From the human T2T-CHM13v2.0 reference genome, Homo sapiens: a stretch of DNA of 64,000 nt. The notes under the pieces are model-generated. The model worked only from the letters and a program-made list of their open reading frames with translations, was not told where the DNA came from and did no database searches. Shown piece by piece: positions 28,687 to 44,235 of the stretch. The stretch is from the NCBI RefSeq assembly GCF_009914755.1, contig NC_060941.1; one strand, 5' to 3'. The position numbers and the translations under genes were made by a program. The number at the start of each line of letters is the position of its first letter. Position 1 is the stretch's first letter.

Positions 28687-30259
28687 CAACTTCCATTCCA
28701 CACCTGGGGTCTACATTTTATACACATCCCATTTACTCTATCAGACTGTAAACTCCTTGAGGGCAAAATCTATAACTTATTCATCTTCGTTTCTTCTCAG
28801 ACCTAACACTGTTTAGCAAAATACACCTGTTAAAAGAATAAAATGTTGAGTAAAAAAAGACTGAGTCTCCTGTGAAACACTCAGCATTGTATTTTATTTA
28901 TTAGAACATCTCTAAAGTATTGTTTTTTTCTCACTAATTTGTTTAATAAAATATCCTTCTGGGAAACTGAGTGATCAATGTAATTAAAGCTATTCATACT
29001 TTCAAATTTTAAGATAGCCAGTTTGAAGCAGGGAATTTTGCTCTGTGTATGTTAATATCCACAGATTGGTATGTTAGAATCTGACATTTTTTGGTGTCTT
29101 TGTTATAAATACATGCTTTACACAGTGTTAAGAATAACAAGAAAACTTTTAGACTATTTATTTTCTTCCTTTTCTTTTCTATAATTTATCAAACCAAATT
29201 ATCTAGTCTCACTGTGAATAACGAAACATTGTTTGCTCCCCATTGTGAATAATGAAACTAAGTGAATTTTAGTTTTACCCAAAATATTTTAATCTGTACC
29301 TGCACCCGAGTGACAGATGGCATATATCCATTTTACGCAGTGTTTAACGCAGTGGAAAATAATATTCTGGGAGTAAGCAGACCACTTACAGACCTACCCT
29401 GGGTCTGCCACTAGTGTGTTGTACATTAGGGAAGTCACATCCTTCCTGATGACTCAGTTTCTTTGCACAATGAAAAAGTCTGACTCAAGCTCTGATCTCC
29501 CTTCTTTGATGAAATTATGGGGTTCTTGCTCAGAATAAACTGGAATTAGAAATTATTACCTCCTCCTATGAATAAAAATAATGGTGATTTTAAATTGCTG
29601 TTTATTGATTAGAGAAAACATCACGTTTTTGTAAAGCTGACTTAGAAAATTTATTTTCTGATTCTATTGGTGTTATTTCTCTTGAATCTGCCCAAGGAGA
29701 AAGTTAACCCTTTGTGCCCCACAATGAGCACATCTTCCCTGGGGACTCTGTGTGCTGATCTGTCCGCTTGAGGGGACAGAAGGGAGAGTTGGTGGCACCA
29801 AGGCATGTGGTGGACAGCAAAGATGCCACCCATCAAGACCTGATGAGAAGCAGCTTTTGGTTTTTAATTAAAAACATAACTTTTACAATGCCTCATTCAT
29901 TTCTTGTTTTTATAGAATCAAAACATAGACATTTTTCTTAAATGAAAACCAGAAACCATTTAAACATTTTTAAAGCAAGCAAGTTAAAAAAAGCAGCTTA
30001 GGATTGTCTTTTGTAATTCTGCCAGTTTCAATTTTGATTCCTTAATGCAACCAGTATCAGGATAACAATATTTGCTTGAAAAGAAAGAGAAGATAGTCCT
30101 CAGGGGCTGTTTCAAACACATTTTAGTTGTTCGATTGGCTGATGTGAGGCTAGCTACTGTTATTGAAGTTGCTTTGATGAACAGTGAAAAATACATTCAT
30201 AATGTAACAATCTCAACATTTTAGATATCCTTAGTAAACTCATATTTAGCAGATCCTAA

Positions 30260-30579
<320 letters not shown>

Positions 30580-31524
30580 TAATTCTAATTATTTTTGACT
30601 ACTTGTGTTAGTGTCACAGATTTAAAGGGGGACATAGGTCAAATTTAGATAAAAGATTAAGTTAAATATGGATGAATAGTATTTGTTAAATATCTATTAT
30701 TTGTTATGCAGTTTAATTGAAACAACTGGCTTTTTTTTTTTTTTTTTTTTTCAGCTACATCCTAGGACCTTGTGGAAAGAACCCAACATCTCTTGGTTAC
30801 AAAGATTATGAAATATTCAGCTTTACCCATGGGTATTTCCTGACATTTCTTTGGTAAACTGTAGCCTAATAGAAGATATCAGGAATTAGTGTAAGAAATA
30901 TTCTAAAAAGCTATTGTCACTACAAAGATGAAAGTAACTTTGATGATCAAAAAGAAGTCAATAAAAAAAGACTGAAAGTAGTTCCTGAATCCTTCTCTAT
31001 TGTTCATTTGGGATTTCTTAATTTCCCTACTCTCAATATATTATGGAATTTTCTGTGTGAAGTTTTGCCATGAATTAAATTGATGTCAACAAAAGTTTTA
31101 CCTTAAGTCATATTTTACCACAAACTAGAGAAGCCCCAGTCCTCCAGGGAGCACCTTTTCCTGCCTTTAAGAAGCTTGTCTCTTCTTCTTCTTTTAATTA
31201 CAAGCATCATCTACAGAGGATGGGGCTCAGTTGACCTTCAGTGACAATTAGACCTGCTGATTTGACATGAACAAATCCATGCTCCCATCCGAGGAGGCAT
31301 TTTCATCTCTTTGACTTGGCACACGATGGGCAAGTGTGCTGTGCTTGTGTTTCCTTTGCTCGTTGCTTTTCTCTGCCCATGGAAAGTCAATGGCATTTGC
31401 TCCTCTACCAGGAAGCAGGAATACAATGTCTGTTTGCCTGCCATCCTTGATAAGTTTACTTTCTCTATCATTGCTATCCAGTTTTTTTTTTATTTGCTAG
31501 ATATGTAACTTGAAAATTGTCATG

Positions 31525-31770
31525 GAAGGAGCAAAAGTTTGGAGTTCAGATAAACCTGGATCTGAATACTCTTCTACTACTGTGTGATCTTGGATCTACT
31601 GCTGTGTGATCTTGGATGAGTTAATCACTCTGGATTTTGGCATGCTATTCACAAAATGCAGATGATAATACTGATCTTACATGGTTATTGTGAAAATTAA
31701 ATGAACCAGTATGTGTAACATTTATTGTACAGTGTCTGTCATCTTGTCAGCATTTGATAAGGTATAGTTA

Positions 31771-31775
<5 letters not shown>
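31525..31775 (+). mobile_element. MIR containing a 22-bp tandem duplication (31573-31616)
   Basis: ttggagttcagataaacctgg...gctgtgtgatcttgg...ggttattgtgaaaattaaatga. Confidence 0.85.
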
Positions 31776-31777
<2 letters not shown>

Positions 31778-31801
<24 letters not shown>

Positions 31802-32082
31802 GAGATGGAGTCTTGCTCTGTCTCCTAGGCTGGAGCGCAGTGGCGTGATCTCGGCTCACTGCAACCTCCGCCTCCCCAGTTCAAGCAATTCTCCTGCCTC
31901 AGCCTCCTGAGTAGCTAGGACTATAGGCACCTGCCACCACGCCCAGCTAATTTTTGTATTTTTAGGAGAGACAGGGTTTCACCATGTTGGCCAGGCTGGT
32001 CTCGAACTCCTGACCTCGTTGATCCGCCCACCTTGGCCTCCCTAAGTGTTGGGATTACAGGTGTGAGCCACTGCGCCCGGCC
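31778..32082 (-). mobile_element. AluS
   Basis: Full-length; TSD tagttattattaattt. Confidence 0.97.
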
Positions 32083-32896
32083 TAGTTATTATTAATTTTT
32101 TATTCTAGTATTATTCTATTTTGTTATCCTATTGTTGGGTGTATTACATAGACATTATATAAAACGTATATGTATATATGTATATTTATGCATCTCATAT
32201 ACATGATATGTACATACATATGTGATATACATATGACACAGAGTTCATTAGAGAGTAGGAAGGAATTATAGGAAGGCAAGTCAATTCAGTAAGTATTAAC
32301 AGTCAGCATCTATTAGGTGCTTACTTTCATCATTTTGTACAATCCTCTATCGTGGGATCCTGTTTGTAAACATCTCCAGAGATTAAAGAAGAAAAGAAAA
32401 CCTTCCCTATCAGCCTTACTTTTGTGTTTTCCCTTCCCCCAAATTCAGAATAAGCTAATATAATATGCCAATATTCCTGTACTGAGTTTTACAACCAATG
32501 TATAAACATCTGTCAATTCCTATGACTGTTTCTGTACATAATGGATTGGTGGCACTTAGATCAATATTAGCAACGCTACACTCAACAGCTGAGGGCAATG
32601 CATTTATAAAGGGTTTCATCAAGATTCATGGTCTCTAGTGATACATGTTGACTTTTTAGTTTAAATTGTCAAAATTACCACTAAGTGTAATTTATTATAA
32701 CCAGAAGAGTTGGGTGAAAATAATGCTGTCATTTAAAAATAAAATAGGTCATTAGCTATTGTCACAGCCATACTATTCTGGGTTATATTACATTATTTTG
32801 AAAAGAATGGAAAGAAAAAGGAGAAAACTAAAATTCAAAAGAAAATGTGATTTATGCCTCTAAGCAAAATAATATCCATTTATTTTGAAATGATGA

Positions 32897-33727
<831 letters not shown>

Positions 33728-34639
33728 TAGTAAAGGAGAGGGTACCTGTTCCTGTGACTCCAATTCTTTGTGTTGTAATTTTTTCTCTGCACATCGCACC
33801 TGATTAGAACGGTTTTCTAATTCATCTTGTAAAACCTGAAACGGTATAAAATAAAGATATCATTAATAATTAGCACACTTGGAAAAATAGTTCTACACCA
33901 TGAACTGGCACTAAAAAGGCCTCAGATCTCTAGTTTATTACTCTTGTTCCAAAGCATTCAGGCAAACAATACCAGACTTTTGTGTGTCAGGCCAAGATGT
34001 TTTCTGCTTTAAGAATACCTAGTATAAAAAATTCCAAAGTTATAAAATAGACAAATTGGCAGATGTCAATCATATATTAAAATGTCTCATATTCCCAGCA
34101 CAGAACCACAAGCATGTAATAAAGCATATGTAATAAAGCATAACACTATTGCAATGAAAATGGCTCCCTCAGGACACCTGCAATGTACACTTACACTCTG
34201 AATATCATTGTGACGGATAGGAATTGTAATATCTGACCAGCATAACATTTTTCAAAATTATATTATGATAATTTGAGTAAATTATAGCAGCCTTAAAGGA
34301 ATTTCTTTATAAAGTCAGAGAGGATGGTATGGAACTTGAGGAACTTGTAAGAAATGGAAAGAGGTGAACTCTTTCCTTTGCCAAGTAGCTGTTTGAAATA
34401 GCATTCAGGTTAATATGGGAAATGGAAACCACAAAGACCAATAATTACCACTGCATCAATTACTATGTTAAGTAAAGAGATGAACTAGAAAAAGAACTTG
34501 TAGTTTCCATGTGCTATTTCTATAATGACACTGGATTGTCCATTCAAACAATCCAATGTAATTACAGAAATACTACATGGAAAGTTACAGTGAGCAGAAT
34601 GCATGGGGTGGTAACAGCAAAGGTGCCAAATTCACAAAA

Positions 34640-35860
34640 TTCATTTCATCCAGTCAATATTAGTGAGTTCCTGCTGTGTGTCAAGAATTACGATAGGTAC
34701 TCTAGACATAGCAATGAAAGAAAACAGACCAAAAAAAAAAAAAAAAAAAAAAAAACTCCGGTCGGGCACAGTGGTTCACATCTGTGATCTCAGCACTTTC
34801 AAAGGCTAAGGCAGGAGGATCACTTGAAACTAGGAATTCAAGATCAGCCTGGGCAACATAGCAAGATCTTTTCTACAATTTTTTAAAATTTAATTAGCTG
34901 GGTGTGGGGGTGCAAACCTGTGGTCCCAGCTACTTAGGATGCTGAGGCAGGAGGATCACTTGAGCCCAGGAGTTTGAAGCTGCAGTGGGCTATGATTGTG
35001 TCACTGCACTCCAGTCTGGGTGACAGAATGAGACCCTGTCTCAAAAAAAAAAAAAAAAAAAAAAATCCTTGCATTCACATGCTTAGATTATAATGGGGTG
35101 GAGGTAGGCAATAAGCAAACAGTAAGTGTATTATATAACCGTGATGAGTGCAGAAGAAAAATAAAGCAGGGAAGGGGACATTCTGGAGTGGTGTGAGGAA
35201 GAGGGGATTGAGATTTTAAATAGATGGTCCAAGAAGGCCCAGCTGGGCGAAGACCTGAAGGACAAGAGAGAGCAAGTCACATGTAAATTTCCACAGGAAG
35301 AGCCTTCCAAGCAATAGCCACTGCATGTGGAATGACTCCGAGATGGTATGTTTGTGGAAGCCATAAGGTCACTGTTGAGAGTGATCAAAGCAGCAGCAGT
35401 GAAGTCAAGGACATAACAGGGTTCAAGTCACATCAGGTTACGTGGAGTCTTGCAGGTCAAAGGCTTTAGATTTTGCCCAGAGATAGACAGGAAGTTGCTG
35501 GGGGGTGGGGAGCAGGTGCTGCTTTCATTGTTGTCTGAAGAGCAGACTGAGGGGCAAGGCAGAGGCAGAGAGCAGGGGAGAGGCCACTGTAACACCAGGA
35601 AAGGGAAGATGGAGAGCGGGGCCAGGTGGTAGCAGCTGATGAAGGAAGGATCAGGTCCAGGTATGAAATAGAGATGATGGCCCTGAAGGAGTGGAAGCAG
35701 AGAGAGGAAAAAACAGGACCCCAGGGATTCTGGCCTGAGGAGCTAAGACTGCAGTTGGCATTCACAGAGACAGGGCAGGTGTTGGGGGAGAGGAGCCGGA
35801 GCTCAGCCTCAGTTGGCTTCAGTTTGAAATGCCTATTACACATCCAGGTGGAGACACGAG
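34640..35860 (-). mobile_element. L2 (3' end and body) interrupted by an AluJ
   Basis: attcatttcatccagtcaatatt...; tttgaaatgcctattacacatccaggtggaga. Confidence 0.75.
34760..35065 (+). mobile_element. AluJ
   Basis: ggaggatcacttgagcccaggagtttg diagnostics; preceded by a separate A25 run. Confidence 0.95.
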
Positions 35861-35938
35861 TTCAGACACAATGGCTAAATTAGTGTCCATTAAAGATTCC
35901 TGCAAACACAATGCCAGTCTTTTTTATGTCCAGATAAA

Positions 35939-36110
35939 CAGTGGTTCTTAACCTTTTGGGAGGTTCTAGACTCCTTTGAGAATCTGATGAAAGCTATGTA
36001 GTTACTCCCTAGAAAGAGAAAAACCATAGTTTTATGATTTTGCCTCTCACTGTAGGACATTCATAGATTGCCTGAAGCCCATCTGTGAATGGACCCCAGG
36101 CTAAGAACTA
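35939..36110. mobile_element. hAT-Charlie-type MITE
   Basis: cagtggttcttaacc...ctttgagaatctgatgaaagctatg...ggctaagaac termini. Confidence 0.65.
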
Positions 36111-36777
36111 ATTTAAAAAGTGAAATGGTCTGTGAATGAGCTTGCATGCTTTAGGGTGTCTTTGATATTAGACTTGATCATAAATCTACAACTCAACCAG
36201 GTCTGAGAATGAGCTTGGAAATCTCTCCATTCTTGAATTGTCTATAATTCTGTTGTTGTGTTCTACTTCCAAAAGGATGAATGCAATAGTTCCTGTGCTT
36301 GTTGATGAGGTAGCCTTTCCCCCACCCCCTACTTTCATAGCTACCAACAAATAGGATCTTATCAGCTTCTTTTATTGCATAATTGGGGAAAGTAATGATT
36401 ACTGTATTGGGAAGAATAGTTATCTATTTTTTTTGTCACCACTTTTTCCTGCTCTCTAATCCATCCTCACACCACTGTCAGAGTGAACTTCTTAAACTTA
36501 AATCTGATTATGTTGTTCCCTGACTGAAATGCTTAAACAACACTCCAGCCCCGCTGAGAGACAGCTCTCACTCCTTAGCACAGCATACAAGGGGCTTCAT
36601 CAACTGGCTTGGTCTCCAGCCACGCTGTGCCGTAGGAAGCCTTGGCATGCCGTGCAGATGTCATTATCAGCAATAACAACAGGAGCTATCATCCACGGAG
36701 TGGATTTTATTTTTAACCCTTACGACAATTTTGTGCACCCAGTATTATTCCATCTATGTTAGAGAGGATGTAATTGA

Positions 36778-37143
<366 letters not shown>

Positions 37144-38353
37144 TGGACTGGAATTTTAACATATTTTTGTAACTTCAAATTGAATATGTTTGTGCTACTC
37201 CATGCTGCCTCTTTCCCACTCTGTACTGATTTTCTCTTTTCTTTGCCTGGAAGTCCCTACCGCACCTACTCTGCTCAATGATGTAATTGCCCTAATCTAT
37301 ACAAGAGCTAAGTATGGACTTCTCTGGGCTTTCATCCATCTAGTGTTTAAGAGAATTAATTTACATGTCTGGGTGGCATGCAACTGCAGCTCAGGGCTCT
37401 CCTCTCTTCATCTCTGCAAGCCCAGTGCCAAGCCAGCTCAATGCCTGGTACACAGGTGACACTGAATTCATGTTTGTGGAAGGAACTCATAAACATTTGA
37501 ACTCTACTCCCTAAAGATATTTACTTCAATCATCAGGGCTTCTGACTGTCCTTCATGTGGCACATTTAACCAAAGGTGATTATGTGTCCTGAGACACAAA
37601 ATACACAAATATATCCTCCAAATGTCTATATCTATCTCTGAACACACACACACATATCATAATGATAATAATTGATAATATATTATCTGGTTTCTGCTAC
37701 AATAAAAAATACTCCTTTAATTTTATTTCACAGAAGAGAAAGATGGCATGCCTCTCCCTTCTCTTAAACGAAGAGTTGTTCCCCACTTCCTGGCTTCTCT
37801 CCCTCCTTGCCTTCACCTGCAGAACCCTGAGAGTGCTACACTCGGCGTCCCACACCCTGCCCCATTCACTACATACCCCGTTACACCTGCCCCCTGTCCC
37901 CACTGCTCTCCTGAGTCAGTTTTCACACCAGTCACTTGTCATCTACCAAATGCCAAAACCAGAAGCTAACTTTCTTCCTTTTTCCACAGAAGCATTTGGC
38001 CCTATTCACGCCCAATTGTGTTTTTCTCTTGAATCTTGAGGAAATAATTCTGCTCAGTGAAGTCAAGGGATTAAAAAAAAAAAAGAGGATGCTGCAAAAG
38101 TGAAGGCCAAAGACAACAGGCCTGGAAAGAGGGTGATGGATATGGAGAAGGGGATGGGTGAAGTGGAACCGTTGACAGGGAATTGGAAAAAAGGGACTCA
38201 GAGATACCCCAAGGCTTTAAGATGGAGTGACCAGAAAATAGTGAATTCTTGCTAAGCACAAGTCAGAAGCGGTGGGGCAGTGTGCTTTCTGACATGCTGG
38301 GTTGAAGGTGCTGGCGGGACTTCAAGGAGGAACTATTGCTAGACTCCAAATAT

Positions 38354-38695
38354 TGCTAGACACTATCCGTGCCCCCTCCAAATTCGTATGTTGAAATCTT
38401 AACCCCCAAGGTTATTAGGAGACAGGACCTCTGGCAGGGAATGTCCTCAAGAATGGGACTGGTGCCCTTCTAAAAGCTCTGAGTGAGGTCCCTGGCCCCT
38501 TCCACCATGGGAGGACACAGTACAAAGATGGGTGTCAACGAACTAGGAATCAGGCAGGCTCTCCCCAGACCCTGAATCTGCTGGTGCTTTGATCTTGGAT
38601 GTCCCAGCCTCCAGAGCTATGGGAAATAAGCTTTTGTGTTTAGGAGCCAACCTGTCCAAGGGATATTGTTACAGCAACCAGAGCTCACTAGGACC
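38354..38695 (+). mobile_element. MLT1A/MST-type LTR
   Basis: ccaaattcgtatgttgaaatcttaacccccaa...tgatcttggatgtcccagcctccaga. Confidence 0.85.
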
Positions 38696-41299
38696 CCTGG
38701 CTAGCAGATCACGTTGCTCAGTGGGTCTGAACAGTGGGGCATGCTCTCAGACAGAGGTGCAAATGCGGAAACTTCCTTAGGGAAGTTTCCTAAAATGAGA
38801 AGAGGTTCTAAAACCTGCCCTTTGGGTGATGCCCACACTCAGACAGGCAGAGGAGGAGATGGAGGCCAAGAAATCTGGTGGAAGTCCAGATAGGCAGGAG
38901 GCAATTGAGGAGAAGTTAGGATGACATATTACGGAAATCTAGCCAAAAGAAAGTTCCAAAGAAGGCAGGGTAACATAACTAGATCTGATCCTTTTTCCAT
39001 ACTTCACATAGTGAACAGACTACGAAGTCAACCATATTTTATCAGTATTATTAAAATGGAATTCAAATTACATTTGCTTTTCAAAAAGGCAGGCCTTTAA
39101 AAATTTCCTTATAAAGATGTAAAGTGTGATCTTTCTAAAGTTAATCAGAGAAAGCAGTTGTATTTAGAAATGACTTTCGTTACCTATTAAAGATCAGTTA
39201 AAAAACTGAAAAGTCACCAAATAATATTTCACTTTCAAAAAAGTTAAAATGTACGGCATGAAAGGAAAATGACAGTTTATATTGGCAGCTGGTCCTGGTT
39301 TTATATTCTAAAAGATTATTAGGTTATTAGAGTTCCAACCTCAGAATTTGACATAAGGACTATGTGAAAATGACCACAATTGCTCAATAAGTACAACCGC
39401 GGACTTTAAGTTGTGTCATCCTTATTCAAAAAAGCTTCAAATTTGACATTTCACACACACACAAAATCACAACTTTTAGTTTCTTCCTGAGAAAAGCCCA
39501 AGATAATTAAAGAACAGAATGTCCAACACTGGGTCAAAAATATGAAACAAAACCCAACTTGAACAGTTAAATTGTTTATTCTGCAGAACTGTCCCTCCTC
39601 TCCTAGCTCTGCAGTGTTAACTGGCATCATTACTGAAAAGACAGTTCTTTTCTCCCAATTAAATCTGCCTTTAAATATACTGTAAGTCAGCTGGCTGTGG
39701 GAAGCTACACCGCTCCTGACTTTCAGAGTGCTTTCTGCTGGTCGGGAATAAAGAATGACACTTTCCAGAAGAAAAATGTAAACGACATAAGCAGCTCCAC
39801 AAGAACAATGAGCGCACACCGCACTCTTTAAAAGGGAGAGCATTGTAGGATAATTTGATTTGTTCCAAATCTGAAAATAATGAGAGCAAATTAAAGTGTC
39901 AAAAATTGAACATGTTAATGGGCTCTTCAGGGTGAGGAAAAGGACCTGGTAGCTAACATGCCCATTGAATGGCACTTGTGACAGTACAGGGCTTTTCTGT
40001 GAGTTTGGGGAAAAAAGAGTATCTAGTCAATGCTATTTTAATAATATGTATGAACATAATTCAGCTCAAGCCACTCCTTAACTTGTAAAACCACACATTA
40101 AGGAATTATGTATAGTCTTACCAAAGTTTTCTCTTGTAGTTCTGCGTCAATTAAACAAGAATAAAGTGATGGCAGATACATGCCTTTTAATAATGAATAA
40201 ATGAAACACAAGTTCATTTCAATTATAAAGTGGTTAAAAGGTTTTTTAATAAAGGAAAACTTTATTGGAAGAGAGAAATACTAGGTCACAATGATAAAAA
40301 CAATTTTTTAAAAAATGTTCCCAGAATACAAGGTATATAACAGAGAGAGGCTTTCAGATGTAGTACTGTAGCAAGACCGGACGTCTTTCTAGAGATTTCT
40401 GCTCTCGCCTTTGGCCCACTTCTTAGCCAGCTCCATTCCAGCAACCCAAGAGCTGCTACCTTAGTACCCTTTTCCCAACAGGCTGTCTAAGCGTATAAAT
40501 TGGTCTTCAGCTTATAGCTCAGAATATTGGTACTCTAAGTTCGTACTAGAGAATACAATTTCAAACTCTACTTTCCCGTCTTTATCAAAACTCCATTTAT
40601 GAGACATCTGGAAAAATCCACTTGCAAATCAAGACAGAATCATCAGCAGTATAAAAGTCACCCTTCTGAGTCAGTGGTCCTGGAAACACTGTCCTAGCAG
40701 AGTGGACTGCAGAGACACATTCTCTTACACATTTTCTGTCATGCAGCTTGTAGAGTCGCATTCTTGCCCCCTTTTAGAGAGTTTCAAAGCAGTTCTCATT
40801 GAGTTGAAATTTAATGTGTTTGACACATATTCTGCCTCATTCTATGTTGTTACGTCTTGGTAAAATGCTAATAGTGCCTGGCCTTTTCACAAATCATCAT
40901 GAGGTCTCTGAGCACGTTTTTCTGGGCCTGCCCTGCATGATGGGGCAGAGTGTAAATGGATCTTGTCCTTGGTTCTGTCCGTAGGTTCACCCACATGTCC
41001 TTTGGGAAGTGGGAACCTTGAATGCTATAGTGTTCTGTTATTTAAAATAAACTGGATTGAATCATATGTAAGCAAAAAGAGTGTTGATTAAAGTTTTGCC
41101 CTATATAAATACAAAACTGGGGTCGGTAGAGTTGTGGATTTTAAGGGCCTTGGGTACAGTCTGTGGCCGTGAAACAAGGAACCAGATGAACCTCCGCTGG
41201 GTGAAACGCAGAAAGGGGACTTGCGAGCTGCAAGCTCTGCAAAACTGAGTTTTAACAATAAGAAAAAGCCAGAGTATTTATACTGAAGATGCTGCCAAG

Positions 41300-41420
41300 A
41301 AGAAGTCACCCTGGCAAACTGCGGGCAACTGCTTGAAGCGGGGTGATGGGTAGATGGCGGATCTGTGTACTCTTCTCCCTACTTTTGTGTATGTTTAAAA
41401 GCTTCCGTAATAAAAAGTCA
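41300..41420 (+). mobile_element. L1ME 3' end fragment
   Basis: ggtgatgggta...ctacttttgtgtatgtttaaaa...taataaaaa. Confidence 0.65.
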
Positions 41421-42593
41421 AAACATTGAAAAAAGAAAAAAAGTCCCACTTAAAAAAAAATGAGGTCATCATATCCTTTCCTTCACGAGGCTTGAATTTA
41501 CTATCCTACTTTGGAGAAAACAGATGATTCATTTGCCACTCAGTGGGGAGGAGGGATGCGGGAGGATTTACCCCATGAATGTTTTGAACACAGAATGAAG
41601 AGACCAGGGGGGTAGGATGTGCATATTTTGACTAAAGGAGAAGATAACTAGAAGAGGAAGGCCTATTTTTATTTTTATTGAGGTATAATTTACATACAAT
41701 CCAATTCAATGTTTATTTTTTCATGGTAATGGTCTGTTTTCCATTTAAAACATGTAAGATGATTTTTAAATGTGTGTCATCAAATATTTGTTAAGTTATA
41801 AAATCTTGACGTAAACCTCTCTTCCCCTGGCTGCTTGGTCCTTCAGACAGACGTGATGCCTGAGCTGTGACTACAGTGAAGAGACACTAATTATAAAGGT
41901 GAAATAAGGGTGACTCTCATTTAAACCTTAATTGCCTTCTTAATAATGCCCACATTTGTTTAAGCAGCATTACTCCAATTCAGTCTATTAACTGGGCTGA
42001 TAATATTTCTGATGAGTAGGTCTCCTTTTGCCATGTAAATTGACACCGAAACAGTAAATGTTTTTCTTTCTACTACTGCTAAATGAAGGCTAAGGTAAAA
42101 TACAAATAAAGCAGTAAAATCTCACTCTATTTTCATGTGAGATTTACAGACTTATTTTTTTTTTAATCATATTGTAAACGACTAGGACAAAGCAAGAGGA
42201 TCAAGCCCTGTCATCCACACAAGGAGCGATAAATGTGGGGCTACCGAAAGTGACACAGTGGCAGCGTGACATTTTTACTGGGTGGTCTCACGGGCTATTT
42301 ACAGAGGCCACTATAGTTTCTGTTTTATTATCATTTTTAAATAGGCTAAATCTACTAACAAAAGTAACTAGTCTTCTTCAACTGAAATGCCACTCAAGAT
42401 TTCTTTTAAAGCGATTTCTTCATTCAGACCTACCCAGGATGAATAACAAACCATAAAAAAAGTTTTATTAGTGATTCTACAGTCATGGAAAACAGGTTAT
42501 GCTGCAGATCTAAAGCCAGAGCCGCAGCTACTACTGCAGAGGCCACTAATGCATTCACAACGCAACTGTATAATTATTTTCCCCTATGGCTTA

Positions 42594-42688
42594 TGTTCAG
42601 GTTTTCAGTTTTTTTTCACATCCAAGCAACACTTATTTTTTGTTCAGGTTTTCAGTTTTTTTTCACATTCCCAGCAACACTTATTTTT
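42594..42688. repeat. ~47-bp tandem duplication
   Basis: tgttcaggttttcagttttttttcacat..c.agcaacacttattttt twice. Confidence 0.93.
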
Positions 42689-44235
42689 TTTTCTTAAAAA
42701 AACAAAACAAAACAAAAAACCCTGATAATTCTGTCTCTTTTGTGATACTGATGTGAAGGTTTTTACCCAATACATATGTTACTCTTCACATAAGGCAAAA
42801 TTCCTTCCACGTGAAAACTTTTTAGTTGTTGCTGCGACAAACCACATGCATGAGAAACTGCACTTTCATATGAGCTATTGCTATAGTACTTATTAGGCTA
42901 CTGATTCAACATCAAAGGCAAAAATACTGTGGCCACTATATAAAGCAAGAGTTTTTCTTGTTTGTTATTCTCCAAGTACGAAAGTTTTCACTTTTTCTCT
43001 TTCCTTCTCTCGCTCACCTATTTTCAGTCCTTTAAAATTCCTAAAGGACTTCCTTTAAAGGTCTTAAAAATGCACTTTTTAAAAAGTTAATGTTTCCTGG
43101 TCTTAACAGAGGTTCCAGGAAAAGAAATCATGTTATTTCAAGACTTTGATGATCTAAGGAAGCCGGAATCTCCTAACGCACCTCATTCATGTTTTCCTAG
43201 TCACACAAAAGACCATCCTGACATTACCCGCAGCTCCTCTTAAAGGGGCCAGTCTATTTCTACTCAGGAAATTCAAAGCACATTCCCCCGCTTCGTGGCT
43301 CTAAACAGCTTCACTTGTGAACAAGTTCTTATCTCGGGTGGTAGAAATCTAGGATCAAATTCAAGAACCACAGCTAGGATTTTGCAAGATCATAGAGGAA
43401 TTTCCTCGTCTGGCCAGGATGATAAGCACTCAAACTTGAGTTCAGTCTCTGTGGAACAGAGTGTTAACTGTTAAATCCTCACAGACCACCCCTCTTCAGT
43501 GCAAGCCCAGGGAAGAGGGAGGACCCATAAGCCATTCATTTAAATTTCGATTTTCTTACAAAGACTAATTCACACATGCCGTCCCCTGAACCTGCAGTAT
43601 CATTTCCAATCCCCTCCACCAAACTGTGTATTTCTCCTCCGTGAAAACTGAAGATTCATTTCTTCCATGAAATATTTCAAATACAGATTAAACTATTTCG
43701 CATTGTTATTATATTCCCTATATGATAACATATTTATAGATCTCTTCCTATTGTGAATTTATCTAACTTCTTTTCTCATTTTAGGCTCTGAACTTCACCA
43801 GAGCAGCGGCCTTTGCCCCTCCATTATTTGTTAAGTGGTCTCTGAAATGCTTGGCAAAGTGTTATTTACACTACGGTAATGAGCATTTACTGGTAACATT
43901 AACCAACTCTATAAAGAGCAAGTTGCCTTTCATTTAAAACAGTTGGGGTACTCCCATTAAAATTCTCAGATTTTTTTTTCCCCCTTAAGCTATATTTCCT
44001 CTCATTCTGTCCCTAGAGAAAAATAACTGAGTTTTACCCAGTCTGCTCCCTCGAGTGTCAGAAGTGGCCTCCCTTCTTGTTTTTTAATAATAACACATCT
44101 ATCAGTGCCCTTTTTTCACGATCTAGAGGGCTGGTCACCACTGTTGCTCTCTCCCTTTTGCTAAGTCCCTTCTCAGTGTCTACACTGGCACGTTGTCTTT
44201 ACCCGTTTGCCCTTCAAGAAATTGGCCACATTTCT

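Noticed and set aside
39451-39975. 174-aa minus-strand ORF in unique sequence
   Set aside because: No recognisable domain or homology, composition looks random, and there is no supporting exon structure.
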